Positions 55,649 to 64,000 of a DNA stretch of 64,000 nucleotides are shown one piece after another. The DNA is taken from the sequence record PQ309151.1; one strand, 5' to 3'. How positions within the stretch are numbered: position 1 is the first letter of the stretch; each line of letters opens with the position of its first letter. The translations under genes were made by a program, and so were the position numbers. The notes under the pieces were generated by a model. That model did no database searches. It was not told the origin of the DNA and was given only the letters and a program-made list of their open reading frames with translations.

Positions 55649-56302
55649 CTATAGTAACCACAACTGAAAACGCTTTAGCAATCCGACATAAGCATACGTC
55701 GAACTAAGGTCGTCCGAACATCCGAACGCCAGGTATGTGTCGCCCGGCTGAGTCAGATCAGAATACGTCGACGTGACGCCGGTTCGATTATTTTTGACGG
55801 TATACGTTCCGTTCTGTTTGGTGAGTACCATCTGTTCCAGTACAGCACCAGGGTAAGTTACACCACCCAGATAACACCGAGAAAATGTAGTACCTGTCGA
55901 CAGGAAAGCCTGGAAGTATTGACTCGTCTGATTCAGGTTAAGAAGAAGACCAGGCTGATTGCCGTGTGCGTTGTAATCGCCCGAACGGAACAAAACCTTG
56001 GACGAGGCTGCTGATTGAGGAACAAAATCAACCTCAAGCCGATAAGGTTTATTACTGAATTGAAGAAGGTTGGCGCAATCGAAATATGTCAGACCAGTGA
56101 ACTGGTAGCATTTTCCAAATGTCGGATCATTGATTACGCCGTCAGTTGGCGAACCAGAAATCACATGTCGAACAAATGTTCGAGCACCTGTACCATTGTC
56201 GACCAGGTTCTTATCCCCAACATTGGCGGAATCGAACTGGATACTGAGAACAGCTGTCGTTGCTGTCGCTGATTTCTTTTTTAACAATAAAGCTTCTTGC
56301 AT
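55649..56302 (-). CDS. ConA/LamG-like beta-sandwich protein, LLLKKK-tagged
   Basis: MQEALLLKKK; FGKCYQFTG...YRLEVDF...GLLKRFQLW pattern. Confidence 0.6.
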   Translation of the reverse strand: MQEALLLKKKSATATTAVLSIQFDSANVGDKNLVDNGTGARTFVRHVISGSPTDGVINDPTFGKCYQFTGLTYFDCANLLQFSNKPYRLEVDFVPQSAASSKVLFRSGDYNAHGNQPGLLLNLNQTSQYFQAFLSTGTTFSRCYLGGVTYPGAVLEQMVLTKQNGTYTVKNNRTGVTSTYSDLTQPGDTYLAFGCSDDLSSTYAYVGLLKRFQLWLL

Positions 56303-56306
56303 ATCG

Positions 56307-56909
56307 TCACCAGGCGCTATATCCGGCCGGAAGATTGTTAATCATATCCAATCCGGCTAAGAGTTGAGCTGAACTGTTCGTACCGCCCGCTGCTGCACCC
56401 GAGAGCATCGGATAAAATGTCGTGGCATTGCTGTATGCCGTCGTCGAGAAAGATGCCTGAGCAACACCATTCCGATAAAAGCGCACGGTCTTGGTTCCCA
56501 TGTCGAGTGCGACACCAATGACGTCGCCTACCCAAAAATAGGTACCATAAACAAAACGAGATCCGTTTGCATACAGCATGTACGAGTTAGTTGTGTTGTA
56601 GGAATACCAAAGAAGCTCGTCAGAACTTTGCCAGGCACGATACAGCGAAGTGGTTGAAGGTGCGATACCGATGCCGGGTGTATAGCCAGTGCTTCCACTT
56701 TCAGCGCCAAGTATTTTGACTTCGAAGTACCACTTGCCAGAAGAACGACCAATCGTTCCTCGAACTGCACCACCGACTGAAGAATCGAAGGTAACAGTTT
56801 TATTGTCGGTTGACAAAGTCACTCCACTGGAGTACTTGTCGTTCGTATTCAGAAGAAGACTCGACGGCTGTTTGACGGTCTTCTTATAAAGAAGGTTAGC
56901 AGCAAGCAT
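56307..56909 (-). CDS. SPRY/B30.2 domain protein with a variant tag (MLAANLLYKK)
   Basis: SGKWYFE...GDVIGVALDM...FYRNG...FYP; ends PAGYSAW. Confidence 0.8.
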   Translation of the reverse strand: MLAANLLYKKTVKQPSSLLLNTNDKYSSGVTLSTDNKTVTFDSSVGGAVRGTIGRSSGKWYFEVKILGAESGSTGYTPGIGIAPSTTSLYRAWQSSDELLWYSYNTTNSYMLYANGSRFVYGTYFWVGDVIGVALDMGTKTVRFYRNGVAQASFSTTAYSNATTFYPMLSGAAAGGTNSSAQLLAGLDMINNLPAGYSAW

Positions 56910-57580
56910 TAGATCAGTCCCCCTGCAGGAGGCGTGAAGTTAGCCGTAATGATGGCAGAATTCCAGAAGCCCCATTCGGCGGTATACAGGTTCGTACCGG
57001 ATTGACCGATAGTCATACTGTTGTAATTGATCACCGACGTGTTGTCGGAAAAGCTAGGATTGTTATATGTGCTACCAGTGCCGTTTGCTAGCTGGACCAG
57101 AGTACCATTAATGTAAACAGTATTTACTCCAGCTTTACGCTGCATTGCGACATGATACCATGCCGATGCCAGGTTGGTCGTAGTGATGCTGGTATCCCAA
57201 CAAGTGGCGATGGTACTCATGGCATAACCCATCTGAAGGCGCCAGCCAAATCCGCTATCTCCGGTACGGATCGTCATACCGCTACTCAAAAACGTCACAT
57301 AGTTACTGGCGCTAGTGAGTAATACGCGCATCATCACGGTGTAGTCAGCAGTACTAGATCTACTACCGGTCGCATAGTTGATTGTGTCTACCCCTTTCAT
57401 CGCCTGCGTATAACCAGCAAGCGAAATGGGAAGAGATACTGGTGTCCCAGCAGTATGACTCGTAGGCGTGATGGTTCCGGTCGATACGTTCGAGCTATAG
57501 TTCCAGCCCCAATAAGGCTGTATCGAGTTGAGCCCACCGCCGCTACTCACTTTCTTTTTCAAAAGTAGAGGTTCAAACAT
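56909..57580 (-). CDS. ConA/LamG-like protein, LLLKKK-tagged
   Basis: MFEPLLLKKK; YTVMMRV...WYHVAMQR...TVYING...ANFTPP. Confidence 0.7.
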   Translation of the reverse strand: MFEPLLLKKKVSSGGGLNSIQPYWGWNYSSNVSTGTITPTSHTAGTPVSLPISLAGYTQAMKGVDTINYATGSRSSTADYTVMMRVLLTSASNYVTFLSSGMTIRTGDSGFGWRLQMGYAMSTIATCWDTSITTTNLASAWYHVAMQRKAGVNTVYINGTLVQLANGTGSTYNNPSFSDNTSVINYNSMTIGQSGTNLYTAEWGFWNSAIITANFTPPAGGLI

Positions 57581-57581
57581 A

Positions 57582-58175
57582 TCAAATCCTGATCACCGTC
57601 AGTTCAAGAAGTTGCCAGGTACAAGGGAATGCATACGTTCCCTGGATAACCTGTTCGGCTCCATTCAGGTAGCTTCCTAACACCCAATCCCAGGTATTCG
57701 AGAATGTCCCAGGATAGTTCAGGGAATAAATCTGGGTGCCGTTGAGCGTAATGGTGTAAACACCATTGACTCTTTTAAAAACAAGAACCTGCTCAATTCC
57801 AAAACCTGAGATCGAGCCACTGGTTGTAGCCAGAAGGTTGTCATAAACATACTCGACTGCTTTATTTGCATTGACTGAGATCATCCACGAAGGAGCATCA
57901 TTGCCCTGTTTGTATCGTGAAAGAAGATCCAGTCGTGTTCCACCAATTGTAGTCACTTTAAAACGAATTGTGATCTGACAATTTTCAGCAACTGGTGAAG
58001 GTGTTCCAGAATAAGGAATTCGGATGTAGTCTACTACCGAGCCGCCTGCAAACGAATACGTGTTACCTGTTTTGGTCACTCCAGCTGAATTGGAAAGACC
58101 TCCGCCCCAGCTTGCGATAGTGATGCCTGAGCCGCCTACTACAGCAGACTTTTTCAGAAGGAAAGCTTCATGCAT
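57582..58175 (-). CDS. ConA/LamG-like protein, FLLKK-tagged (true start 58175)
   Basis: MHEAFLLKK; ITIRFK...LVFKRVNG.YTITLNG...WVLG. Confidence 0.65.
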   Translation of the reverse strand: MHEAFLLKKSAVVGGSGITIASWGGGLSNSAGVTKTGNTYSFAGGSVVDYIRIPYSGTPSPVAENCQITIRFKVTTIGGTRLDLLSRYKQGNDAPSWMISVNANKAVEYVYDNLLATTSGSISGFGIEQVLVFKRVNGVYTITLNGTQIYSLNYPGTFSNTWDWVLGSYLNGAEQVIQGTYAFPCTWQLLELTVIRI

Positions 58176-58213
58176 AAATGTCCCGCAATTGTATTCAATC
58201 ACAGTATCGACCA

Positions 58214-58239
58214 CCTACCTAGCCTTTCGGCTAGGTAGG
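58214..58239 (-). terminator. GAAA-loop hairpin after the DNA polymerase gene
   Basis: CCTACCTAGCC-TTTC-GGCTAGGTAGG. Confidence 0.6.
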
Positions 58240-58249
58240 ATGGATTCGA

Positions 58250-60400
58250 TCAATACGTATCGTAGATCATTCGCGTGTTCTTCTTGTTGCTCATGAAGAT
58301 GCCAAAAGTTTCAAGAATGTGGTAGTAAGCACCACAGCAATCCCGCACAATCTTCCGTGCGTTGGAACCAACCAGGATCTCATCCGGGATGCCAGACATC
58401 TGGATGATACTGACCGGAACGTAAATCGTCGTCATGTACTTGCGACCAATCTTGGCGCATTCGGCTTCGATATCTTTCACGAGATCTTTGTTCTTGATCT
58501 GTTCGAGATATATTTGCCAATCCGACACGTTTCCGATTTCCAGAGAAACCTTCATCGACGTGTATGGAGGTTCATCGACCATGCCGTAGATCTTACCGAA
58601 CGTATTGTTCCAGAAAATGTGATTCCAGTACGGCGTTCGATTCGGATCTTTGATTTTGTACGCATCAGCCTTCTTCAGATGAGCGGCACGGAAGTATTCC
58701 GTATTACCTGACTTAACGTCTTCATAGATCGTCCATTCTTCTTCGGCGACCATGTCGATGATTTCATTCAGGTTCAGTCCCTTACCGGCAACCACATCAA
58801 CCATGCATTGCAGCAGGAAGTCTTTCACTTCCTTCACAATCGCCCCAGGTGTAGCCGAGGAGATCATGTTCGCACCCTTCAGTTCCAGGTCAGGCTTACG
58901 GAATACGTTGCCTTCCTGAGCGGTCTTCATGGCGTAGTAATGCTTAGCCATCGAAGTCGGGCAGAAGATCTTGAACTTGTACTCGTTCTTCATCTGCACG
59001 TCGAACAGACGATCCGGATGGACGCCATAGTTCGCAGACATCATTGCATGCAGGTGAGATGACGTTTGTGCAGCAAGATACACCACGACGTCAGAAGTCG
59101 ATTCCATTTCGTCCGTGAAACCGATTGTGCCGTAAACACGACCAACCCATTCCTGAACCGTAAACAGAGTCGAGTCGGTATCGCCACCGAGAACCGAACG
59201 GCGAAGACTGGTTGGGAAGTTACCCGTGGATGCAGGCATGTTACCCGAGAGCCAGAATGCATCAATGATCGGCTGTACAGCACACAGCGTATTGTTGATG
59301 TTCTTGGCATTGGTTGCAAGTACGCCGTAGTTATGCGGCGATTCCTTCAGGATTTCCTTCGGCTTCTTACCGACGGAGAAGGAACGGCAAATCTGACGCG
59401 ACAGGTTAACGGTGTCTTCCGAAACCGTCTTAAGGACAAACTGCGCCTCATCGAGCGGCATCGTTTCATCGATAAACCGGGACAGCTGGTTCAGCAACGA
59501 GACAACGAAATCCTTGTTGTGTTTATAGAGGTGATAGAAGTCACCAACATAAACGAATGCTGCACGCTCAAGCGGTTTCATCGCATCGACGAAATCCCAC
59601 ACAGGCTGCATGTGCTGATTCGACTGGAAGTACAACTGACGACTACGTTCGATACACTCGTTGACGTCTTCTACAGTCGGCCAATGCAGACCGAACTTCG
59701 TCATTGCTTCTTCGACCTTATCCAGATCGCTGATAGCGCAGATCGACACGAGGTTGTTCAGGATCGTGTCGCGATCCATGTAGTGGCGGTTGCCTTCGAT
59801 GAACTTTTCGTTGTTCGCGTTTCCGTACGCAGTGGTGTTCCGGCAGTTTGTCGTAAGCGACGAATGCGAAGTCGGATTAAATAGAGCCGTCGACGGAGTG
59901 AGGGACGCTCCGGAGAGGGAGTTGTTTGTCGTCTTTGCATTGTTCTGTCCGAGATCCTTAAACACATAGAGAACCATGTCCCCAGCATTCTTGGCATCGA
60001 ACATCTGATCTTTGAGCACTGAACGCTTAACGATGTTATCCATCGTGTAAAGTGACAGCAGCGATTGCCGGACATCCGGCGAGCAGTACGACGTAAACGT
60101 CGGAGACATCGATTCGTTATTGTCGAACACGTCGGCAAGATAACGCGACATCGTGGTTTCTTTGAGCTCACGATCTTCGAAGTTTTCGCGATGGAGATAT
60201 TTCACCATCGGATCCCGGAACTCAAACAGACCGCCGGGTTTCATGTTCTTGATCACAAACTCACGTGCAGCTTGCATCGTGATTCCCTTTCTCTTGGAGA
60301 GAAAGAGCGATGCCTGGTCTACATAACCGTTGAGCACTTTCGTGTCACGGCGGTAGTCCTCTCGTTCTTTACGGAAAGTAACAGGTCGCAACTGATGCAT
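58250..60400 (-). CDS. polB: Split family-B DNA polymerase, catalytic (palm) subunit (phiKZ gp50-like)
   Basis: Motif B AKTTNNSLSG, motif C GGDTDSTLF, KHYY...ELKG; start at MHQLR (60400) has an AGGA RBS. Confidence 0.9.
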   Translation of the reverse strand: MHQLRPVTFRKEREDYRRDTKVLNGYVDQASLFLSKRKGITMQAAREFVIKNMKPGGLFEFRDPMVKYLHRENFEDRELKETTMSRYLADVFDNNESMSPTFTSYCSPDVRQSLLSLYTMDNIVKRSVLKDQMFDAKNAGDMVLYVFKDLGQNNAKTTNNSLSGASLTPSTALFNPTSHSSLTTNCRNTTAYGNANNEKFIEGNRHYMDRDTILNNLVSICAISDLDKVEEAMTKFGLHWPTVEDVNECIERSRQLYFQSNQHMQPVWDFVDAMKPLERAAFVYVGDFYHLYKHNKDFVVSLLNQLSRFIDETMPLDEAQFVLKTVSEDTVNLSRQICRSFSVGKKPKEILKESPHNYGVLATNAKNINNTLCAVQPIIDAFWLSGNMPASTGNFPTSLRRSVLGGDTDSTLFTVQEWVGRVYGTIGFTDEMESTSDVVVYLAAQTSSHLHAMMSANYGVHPDRLFDVQMKNEYKFKIFCPTSMAKHYYAMKTAQEGNVFRKPDLELKGANMISSATPGAIVKEVKDFLLQCMVDVVAGKGLNLNEIIDMVAEEEWTIYEDVKSGNTEYFRAAHLKKADAYKIKDPNRTPYWNHIFWNNTFGKIYGMVDEPPYTSMKVSLEIGNVSDWQIYLEQIKNKDLVKDIEAECAKIGRKYMTTIYVPVSIIQMSGIPDEILVGSNARKIVRDCCGAYYHILETFGIFMSNKKNTRMIYDTY

Positions 60401-60510
60401 TTGTTCCCTTTTCCTAAGGTTGACAGCAAAAAAAGATGAAATCCCGTAAAGCATCCGAAGATCACTTTACGGGACGGATTCAAACTATGCAGTGACCTAA
60501 CAAAAAAATA

Positions 60511-60936
60511 TCAGGTCGTGGTCGTCGTGTTACCGAACGTGATCTGGAAGTCGATGAAGCCAGCTTGCTTCAGCATGGTCGTGATGCGTGCCAGATCCGA
60601 AGTCGAAACATTCGGAACCAGAATTGCTGCAGCACTGACCTGAACTTCCACGATGGAAGTCGGATCGATCCACGGCTCACCAATGAGCGTGATCGAACCA
60701 TCGATTTTCTTGACCCGGTAGTAGTTATACTGACGCGGATCGTTGGGGAAACCCGCCGGCAAATTCCCGGACGAGACCACAGCTGCATGCACGGGCTGGA
60801 TATCGCCTTGGAGCATGACTGCAGTTTCGAACGGAAAGTAGCCGAGGATTTCGACGCGTTTGAAAGAAGTACCCAGGACACTCGGAGCATACGTCTCGAA
60901 GTCATAGATCTTCTTATTGTCCATCGCTTGTGACAT
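60511..60936 (-). CDS. Conserved small protein (phiKZ gp49-like by synteny)
   Basis: 141 aa; YDFETYAPSVLG and IGEPWID motifs recalled from phiKZ-like phages. Confidence 0.55.
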   Translation of the reverse strand: MSQAMDNKKIYDFETYAPSVLGTSFKRVEILGYFPFETAVMLQGDIQPVHAAVVSSGNLPAGFPNDPRQYNYYRVKKIDGSITLIGEPWIDPTSIVEVQVSAAAILVPNVSTSDLARITTMLKQAGFIDFQITFGNTTTTT

Positions 60937-60948
60937 TAGAGTTCACCC

Positions 60949-61326
60949 TTAATCGTCGAACGGAGTTTCGAATCTTTTCACCACAATAGAGCGGTTATTC
61001 CGGTTCAACTCAGGCGCGTACTCGAATCCATCACCAGCATACAGGCCGTGGGCACGCAATTGGCCTGCAATGTTTTTTACGAGAAGAAAAAAAGATTCAA
61101 GGAACCGCTGCATGAATCTTGGGTTCGGCTCCAGATGGTCACGATAGAAATTCCCAAGCTTTGAAAGCTCAGGTTCCTCGTGCACATCTTCGAGCTCGAA
61201 AATGATGACATCGAACACCATCAGTACGATGTCACTCAGGACGTAATCAGGTAGTTTTTGTTCTCCGACATCGTGACAGAAGTCACGAAGCGCGTGTCGG
61301 AGGTCGACAATTATCCGCTCAGACAT
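60949..61326 (-). CDS. Small protein, member 6 of a putative divergent paralog array
   Basis: 125 aa; IIVDL N-terminal strand, helical core, terminal strand. Confidence 0.6.
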   Translation of the reverse strand: MSERIIVDLRHALRDFCHDVGEQKLPDYVLSDIVLMVFDVIIFELEDVHEEPELSKLGNFYRDHLEPNPRFMQRFLESFFLLVKNIAGQLRAHGLYAGDGFEYAPELNRNNRSIVVKRFETPFDD

Positions 61327-61739
61327 TCCCCTTCACCATGTTGGTCAATCTCGTTTTCAGAAAAGATCTTGATGATCATGTCCATACCTACGAAGCCCTC
61401 GAATTTCAAAATGCTTGGAACCTCGGAACTCAGTAGGTCAAGCTCTTTCAGATAACTAAAAAGAGAGGTACAGAACTCGTAGGCCATTTGAGCCACGTCG
61501 TCCGTATACAACTCGTCCAGAATCCCCGTGTCCGTGAGTTCCACGGCCATTTTCATCGCAGCCTCAAGAAGCTCGATGTGTTGGTTGGTCTTCGCGTTCT
61601 TCTCATGATGCAACCACATGGTCATTGTGATCAGCATCTGCATCAGAACGAATTGATGCTCGTCCTCTCGGAAATATTCCTCGAAGACGCTTTTCCATTT
61701 CTGGATCCGATCTTTCGTCGGAACTATGAATTTTCGCAT
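61311..61739 (-). CDS. Small protein, array member 5
   Basis: 142 aa; overlaps the next gene. Confidence 0.6.
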   Translation of the reverse strand: MRKFIVPTKDRIQKWKSVFEEYFREDEHQFVLMQMLITMTMWLHHEKNAKTNQHIELLEAAMKMAVELTDTGILDELYTDDVAQMAYEFCTSLFSYLKELDLLSSEVPSILKFEGFVGMDMIIKIFSENEIDQHGEGECLSG

Positions 61740-61794
61740 GTTAACGATTCGCCGATAGGTGTCTCATAACCATTGCCGAACGATCGATGTATTT

Positions 61795-62151
61795 TTATTC
61801 GATCACCTCAAACTTCAACGACATAAAGCTGTCGCTGGGGATGAAGCTAACGTGCTGATGAATGAAACCTGCACGTTGCAATTCGCGGAGAATGTGCGCA
61901 CGGATCCTCATAAAGAAATCCATGATTCGCATCTGCTGCCCAACAGTAAATGGCTTGACTTCCTGATGACCCTGAAACCAGTAGTCACCATAAACCATTC
62001 TCCTGATGTACGCGCGATCTTCTTTATCTCCACGTATGCCTTCACACAGGTTGTCTAGGGTCTGAGGATAATCGATCAGTCCAAACTCCAGTGTGAAGAA
62101 CTCCCGGAACATTTTCAGAATTTGGATCTTATCGATCAAGACCACTTTCAT
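61795..62151 (-). CDS. Small protein, array member 4
   Basis: 118 aa; VVLID N-terminal strand; TGATG coupling. Confidence 0.6.
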   Translation of the reverse strand: MKVVLIDKIQILKMFREFFTLEFGLIDYPQTLDNLCEGIRGDKEDRAYIRRMVYGDYWFQGHQEVKPFTVGQQMRIMDFFMRIRAHILRELQRAGFIHQHVSFIPSDSFMSLKFEVIE

Positions 62152-62576
62152 CAGAACCTCAATCGCATTTTCAAAGCGTGAGCACTAGACCATTGGAGGC
62201 TGCGCTCATCGATGGCATAATCACCATGAACCTCGCGAATCAACGACATCGTATTGCGAACCATATCGTCTATGATTGCACCGATCTTCGTCGCTTCTCG
62301 AATCTCGTATTCTTCAACCGAGTAATTCCGATTGAAGGTGACATTGGAGTAGTACGACGATTCTTCTTCTTTAATCGTCCACTCGGCCATCGCATCGTTC
62401 ATCTCTCGGAAGATCTGTACGTCGCGTGCAGTTATATCTACTTCTCGCTGAGTCGCCATCACGCACGACTCGATAAAACCCTCCAGTTCATGCGGATAGA
62501 AATAAAGAAGATCCTCAGCGGGACCTACTCGCTCGAATACGTTTCGGAAGTCCACCAGGTAGGTTCGCTCGCCCAT
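62151..62576 (-). CDS. Small protein, array member 3 (probable start 62576; the ORF track begins at 62738)
   Basis: AAGGAGG RBS 8 nt before MGERTYLVDF. Confidence 0.55.
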   Translation of the reverse strand: MGERTYLVDFRNVFERVGPAEDLLYFYPHELEGFIESCVMATQREVDITARDVQIFREMNDAMAEWTIKEEESSYYSNVTFNRNYSVEEYEIREATKIGAIIDDMVRNTMSLIREVHGDYAIDERSLQWSSAHALKMRLRF

Positions 62577-62694
62577 ACGTCGATCCTCCTTTAGCACTTC
62601 GATTTCCTTCGGGTAACGCGTTGTGAAAAGTTTCCAACTACGGGATGACTCTTCCCTCATTGCCAGTCCCGGTCTCGTTTCCACCTGGACCAGC

Positions 62695-63120
62695 CTAGAA
62701 GAAGTAGCCTCGTTGTTCTTCATAACGTTCTGGAACATTGATAATCAACTCCAGTCTTTCGGTCAACCAGTACATGTCTTCAGGCAATTCGGCTGCAATG
62801 TTTGGAAACCATGCGAGCACTTCACCCAGTACCAGATGTTCGAGTTCTTGTTTTACATAGTCGGCTTCACCATTGATCATGCAATCGAGGTTAAGCGCGA
62901 GATCGAGTTCTTCCATCATCTCGGTATGATCCGACGTCAGATCAAATACCTTTTCCACGATTAGAGGAAGGATCTCCTTGATGTGGCAGGTCGAAAACGA
63001 TTTACCTTTTTCAGTAGCCCGTCTGACGTACCAGTTAATGGGACGATGCAGATCGACTAAATACTTACCACCACGATAAGGTGGTTTCGGATAGACGGGA
63101 TCATCGTCAAATGGTCTCAT
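62695..63120 (-). CDS. Small protein, array member 2 (probable start 63120)
   Basis: MRPFDDD...GKYLVDL; start overlaps the end of the upstream gene. Confidence 0.55.
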   Translation of the reverse strand: MRPFDDDPVYPKPPYRGGKYLVDLHRPINWYVRRATEKGKSFSTCHIKEILPLIVEKVFDLTSDHTEMMEELDLALNLDCMINGEADYVKQELEHLVLGEVLAWFPNIAAELPEDMYWLTERLELIINVPERYEEQRGYFF

Positions 63121-63682
63121 GCCGGTTAGCGATCTTTTCTTGTTCCGCTTTCGTCCACTGGATGACACGCCAGTCTGCATACTCCTCAATCATCAGAGTG
63201 CGCAGATCACGACCTTGCGTGAGGCGATGCAAGACGAAACGGTTCGGATTCATGTGCTTGGTCGTCAGTTCCAGCAACTGCTTGAGGACATCATCCAGCA
63301 TGTCCGCAGCTTTCTTGTTAGCCGGATCATTCAGATCCCAACGCAAATCTTCACGCAAGTCCGCTTCGATATCAAAGCCGATCAACTCACGAAGATTCAT
63401 GAGGTGGACTTGAAAGTCACAGTCTTCGCCATAAATCCATGCGCGACGACGATTGACAATCGCTTCCATGATCGTGATGACAACCTTACGGACGAGATGC
63501 GTGAGTGCCGGTTTTGTAAAATCTGCATCCTGAATGCTCGGCAGCATATCGAAGATGTTCATAACTGCAGCGATATGTTGCTGCGGATCGATGATGGTCA
63601 TCTTGAACGGATGATCGGAAATGACCGAGGTATCCATCCACATCTGTCCATTCGATGCTTTTGTGAATTCAGGTTCTTTCAC
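63107..63682 (-). CDS. Small protein, array member 1
   Basis: 191 aa; AGAGGAAG RBS; MTIID strand. Confidence 0.6.
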   Translation of the reverse strand: MKEPEFTKASNGQMWMDTSVISDHPFKMTIIDPQQHIAAVMNIFDMLPSIQDADFTKPALTHLVRKVVITIMEAIVNRRRAWIYGEDCDFQVHLMNLRELIGFDIEADLREDLRWDLNDPANKKAADMLDDVLKQLLELTTKHMNPNRFVLHRLTQGRDLRTLMIEEYADWRVIQWTKAEQEKIANRHETI

Positions 63683-63824
63683 CTAAGCTTCCTCTTTGTA
63701 AAATGCCTCTAAAAGCTGCAGAATGACCCCGTAGTGCATTTGATTAGTGTCGGATATAAGAATATACTTATAACCATTCCGAAGCCTTCAAAGCGCCTAA
63801 AATTTAAATAGAAAAATCTGGCAG

Positions 63825-63868
63825 CATAAGTGAACTACTCCAGAACCCCGTGAGGAGTTCTGGAGTAT
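63825..63868 (-). terminator. Hairpin followed by TATG after the PhuZ-like gene
   Basis: TACTCCAGAAC...GTGA...GTTCTGGAGTA with CATA at 63825. Confidence 0.55.
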
Positions 63869-63875
63869 CCCAGCT

Positions 63876-64000
63876 TTAGAACACCAGGCCGTTCGAAGTC
63901 TTCTTCGTGGTGCCGTTGGACAGCTTGTTCTTCACGACACGCGCACCTTCACGCGTTTCGTAATCCGCCAACTGCTTGCGCAGGTTCTTCATGACGGTGT
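63876..64000 (-). CDS. phuZ: C-terminus of probable PhuZ tubulin (partial)
   Basis: Manual translation ...TVMKNLRKQLADYETREGARVVKNKLSNGTTKKTSNGLVF*; long helix plus a GLVF end like PhuZ tails; expected synteny upstream of the polymerase. Confidence 0.55.
   Translation of the reverse strand, partial: TVMKNLRKQLADYETREGARVVKNKLSNGTTKKTSNGLVF

Noticed and set aside
136-63712. Many long opposite-strand or alternate-frame ORFs (e.g. 136-1140, 4738-6444, 8336-10102, 18063-20219, 26000-27442, 41592-43157, 52583-54247)
   Set aside because: They are shadows of strongly codon-biased real genes: no RBS, no motifs, and fully overlapping well-supported CDSs
1-64000. Alternative genetic code, tRNA genes, transposases or integrases, DGR/reverse transcriptase
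   Set aside because: Genes are full length under code 11 with TAA, TGA and TAG all used as stops. I recognised no tRNA cloverleaf, recombinase or RT motif, and the SPRY paralogs differ too widely for template-repeat mutagenesis. A tRNAscan run would still be prudent

Overview
This is 64 kb of a nucleus-forming jumbo phage genome (phiKZ-like, Chimalliviridae). Gene order matches, from memory, roughly the phiKZ gp39-gp91 interval read in reverse. From right to left it holds a probable PhuZ tubulin C-terminus, six small divergent ORFs, and the split family-B DNA polymerase (palm half at 58.2-60.4 kb, exonuclease half at 10.1-12.3 kb). Next come chimallin (chmA), four non-virion RNA polymerase subunits, an SbcD nuclease, and ChmC-like and PicA/Imp1-like proteins. 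These are followed by an SF2 helicase, an accessory early-gene region (23.6-32.3 kb), a virion RNAP subunit, thymidylate kinase, and baseplate and inner-head genes. The most interesting unexplained features are: (1) two AT-richer cassettes, flanked by hairpins, that encode eight small SPRY, ConA/LamG or gp131-like proteins sharing an N-terminal M-x-E-x-L-L-L-K-K-K tag; (2) a ~500-nt ORF-free, densely base-paired element with pseudoknot/switch complementarity (25.46-25.99 kb) and a second structured island (28.17-28.49 kb); (3) an acyl-carrier-protein-like gene; (4) several extreme low-complexity tails in phage-nucleus genes (R/D mixed-charge, G/N-aromatic with an SSB-like tip, A/P/E/D acidic); (5) a family of GNRA-loop hairpins bordered by CATA/TATG; (6) a DUF4326-like domain in frame with the polymerase exonuclease subunit. 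All family assignments come from motif recognition and recalled synteny; no database search was run.
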